From assembly GCA_963713865.1 (NCBI GenBank), contig OY970208.1, positions 1,536,001 through 1,600,000 of the forward strand: DNA of 64,000 nucleotides, given 5' to 3'. The notes under the pieces are model-generated. The model was not told the origin of the DNA, did not search any database, and worked only from the letters and a program-made list of their open reading frames with translations. How positions within the stretch are numbered: the stretch's first letter is position 1; every line of letters begins with the position of its first letter. A program made the translations under genes and the position numbers. The DNA comes from an uncultured candidate division Zixibacteria bacterium. GTDB taxonomy: Bacteria > Zixibacteria > MSB-5A5 > RBG-16-43-9. This document shows, in pieces, positions 62,366-64,000 of the stretch.

Positions 62366-64000
62366 ATGGCTATAGTTGAAGGGATTTCGGGTAATCTCAT
62401 AGCCGCCTTAATTTATGATGGATTAAAAAACGGGGGTAAATTTTTTCTTGGACCTCATTTTAAGACTTTTCTGTTAGCTCAAAAGAAAGCACAAAAACAG
62501 TTAAGAAAAGAATTTACTGAGGGTGAGTTGCTCTCTGTTTTCACCACCTTCAATAATTTGAAATGGAAGCTGAGTTTCGGCAAGGAAGCCAGAGAAGAGA
62601 TAAAAAGAAATTTGAAAAAAGGGGTAGTAGCAATTAATGGCAAGGTTTTTGTAGATGAGCTAGTGGAAGAGCTTCATCAAAATAACAGGCAATATGATAT
62701 AAGACTGGTGGAGAAGGTGATTGGTAGATTTGTGGAAATTGTAGGCGAGGAGATGAAAACAGACCACGAGATTCTCAATTATTTGCAGAAAATGGATCTT
62801 GAAAACATCATAGATAAAATTGATTCAGAGTTTGGGGAAGTTAGAAAAAGATTAGAACGTATAGAACAAAAGATTGAGAGACTTCCTCAAAAAATGGGAG
62901 AGCCAATAAAATACGAAGACGGGATTCCTCAAAGTGAAAACCTAAGTTTAAGAAATCTTTTTGATGAAGGAGATAAGCATTTAGAAAATTATGAATATGA
63001 CCAAGCCATAAAAGCCTTTAGAACCGCTCTTGGATTGCAAGGGCTGAAACCATCAGAGTCCTGTGCTCTTTTGGTTTCCATTGGGAATGCTCAGTATAAG
63101 CAAAGTAGATGGGACGGGGCTAAAGGGAGTTACTTAGAAGCTTTAGACTGGGCTGAAAAAGGAAAAGATGAATGGGGTCAAGCCGCCGCATTCGGAAATC
63201 TGGGTTTGGTTTATAAGGATAAAGGAGAATGGGACAAGGCGATAGAGTTTTATAATAAAGCTTTAAAAGGATTAGAGAAGATAGGGGATGAGTATGGGAT
63301 GGCATCTACCTTTAACAATCTTGGTCTGGTATATGCTTCAAAAGGAGAATGGGACAAGGCGATAGAGTTTTATAATAAGAGTTTGAAGATTGATGAGAAG
63401 ATAGGGGATGAGTATGGTATGGCACAGACCTTTAACAATCTTGGTCTGGTATATGCTTCAAAAGGAGAATGGAACAAGGCGATAGAGTTTTATAATAAGA
63501 GTTTAAAGATAAAAGGGAAGATAGAGGATGAGTATGGGATGGCACAGACCTTTAACAATCTTGGCTCGGTATATTATTCAAAAGGAGAATGGGACAAGGC
63601 CATAGAATTCTATAATAAGAGTTTAAAGATAAAGGAGAAGATAGGGGATGAGCATGGGATGGCATATATCTTTAACAATCTTGGTCTGGTATATGCTTCA
63701 AAAGGAGAATGGGACAAGGCCGTAGAGTTTTATAATAAAGCTTTAAAAGGATTAGAGAAGATAGGGGATGAGAATGGGATGGCATATACCTTCAACAATC
63801 TTGGTATGGTATATTATTCCAAAGGAGAATGGGATAAGGCGATAGAGTTTTATAATAAAGCTTTAAAAAGATTAGAGAAGATAGGGGATGAGTATGGGAT
63901 GGCACAGACCTTTAACAATCTTGGCTCGGTATATGCTTCAAAAGGAGAATGGGACAAGGCAATAGAGTTTTATAATAAGAGTTTAAAGATAGATGAGAAG
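62366..64000 (+). CDS. TPR-repeat protein with an N-terminal helical domain, truncated by the window edge
   Basis: Not in the ORF track because it has no stop. Manual translation from ATG 62366 is open to 64000: MAIVEGISGNLIAALIYDGLK..., a coiled coil, then 40-aa TPR units MAxTFNNLGxVYxSKGEWDKAIEFYNKxLKxxEKIGDExG. Confidence 0.9.
   Translation, partial: MAIVEGISGNLIAALIYDGLKNGGKFFLGPHFKTFLLAQKKAQKQLRKEFTEGELLSVFTTFNNLKWKLSFGKEAREEIKRNLKKGVVAINGKVFVDELVEELHQNNRQYDIRLVEKVIGRFVEIVGEEMKTDHEILNYLQKMDLENIIDKIDSEFGEVRKRLERIEQKIERLPQKMGEPIKYEDGIPQSENLSLRNLFDEGDKHLENYEYDQAIKAFRTALGLQGLKPSESCALLVSIGNAQYKQSRWDGAKGSYLEALDWAEKGKDEWGQAAAFGNLGLVYKDKGEWDKAIEFYNKALKGLEKIGDEYGMASTFNNLGLVYASKGEWDKAIEFYNKSLKIDEKIGDEYGMAQTFNNLGLVYASKGEWNKAIEFYNKSLKIKGKIEDEYGMAQTFNNLGSVYYSKGEWDKAIEFYNKSLKIKEKIGDEHGMAYIFNNLGLVYASKGEWDKAVEFYNKALKGLEKIGDENGMAYTFNNLGMVYYSKGEWDKAIEFYNKALKRLEKIGDEYGMAQTFNNLGSVYASKGEWDKAIEFYNKSLKIDEK
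63179..64000 (+). repeat. Tandem 120-bp near-identical coding repeats (six complete units plus a seventh cut by the window edge)
   Basis: AAAGGAGAATGGRAYAAGGC recurs every 120 bp at 63221, 63341, 63461, 63581, 63701, 63821 and 63941. Confidence 0.95.

Noticed and set aside
2-63305. Numerous short ORF-track entries antisense to or overlapping known genes (e.g. 618..866, 11232..11705, 20157..20624, 59879..60214)
   Set aside because: These are shadow frames of well-supported genes or translations of repeat DNA, with no independent evidence.
63179-64000. Regular repeats resembling a CRISPR array
   Set aside because: The units are 120-bp in-frame coding repeats with no unique spacers, and there are no cas genes.

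Overview
This is an AT-rich bacterial chromosomal window, most likely from a candidate-division Zixibacteria-like (FCB-related) organism. That placement is inferred from three dockerin-bearing secreted proteins with a 'SDVVYLINYLFKGGP' motif, a protein with a FlgD/T9SS-type C-terminal domain, and the porX-tsaE and rplM-rpsI...rpsB gene orders. Housekeeping blocks are a wza-wzz-acyltransferase polysaccharide operon, rplM-rpsI, rpsB-tsf-pyrH-frr-uppS-cdsA, histidine kinase-porX-tsaE-tsaB-rimI-accD-folC, yicC-gmk-rpoZ-topA-xerC-hslVU, and argF. Accessory content includes kdpFABC with a truncated kdpD, a WYL regulator, a citryl-CoA-lyase-like gene, S8 and M28 peptidases, dockerin proteins, an aminotransferase/sucC-like/dehydrogenase/sucD-like cluster, and a TPR protein running off the right edge. 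No rRNA, tRNA, CRISPR array or transposase was found. The most notable observations are: (1) eight +1 frameshifts share the same context CCAGAAC/GTTCTGG (corrected: CCAGAC), probably a sequencing footprint of a DNA-modification motif; (2) a four-helix-bundle gene is bracketed by inverted heptamer arrays, and orphan heptamer arrays occur throughout; (3) the TPR protein has near-identical 120-bp repeats with hypervariable helix-face codons behind an NLR-like N-terminal helical domain; (4) the wza operon has a structured, terminator-containing leader; (5) several families of small intergenic repeats are nested in each other, and some are translated within proteins.
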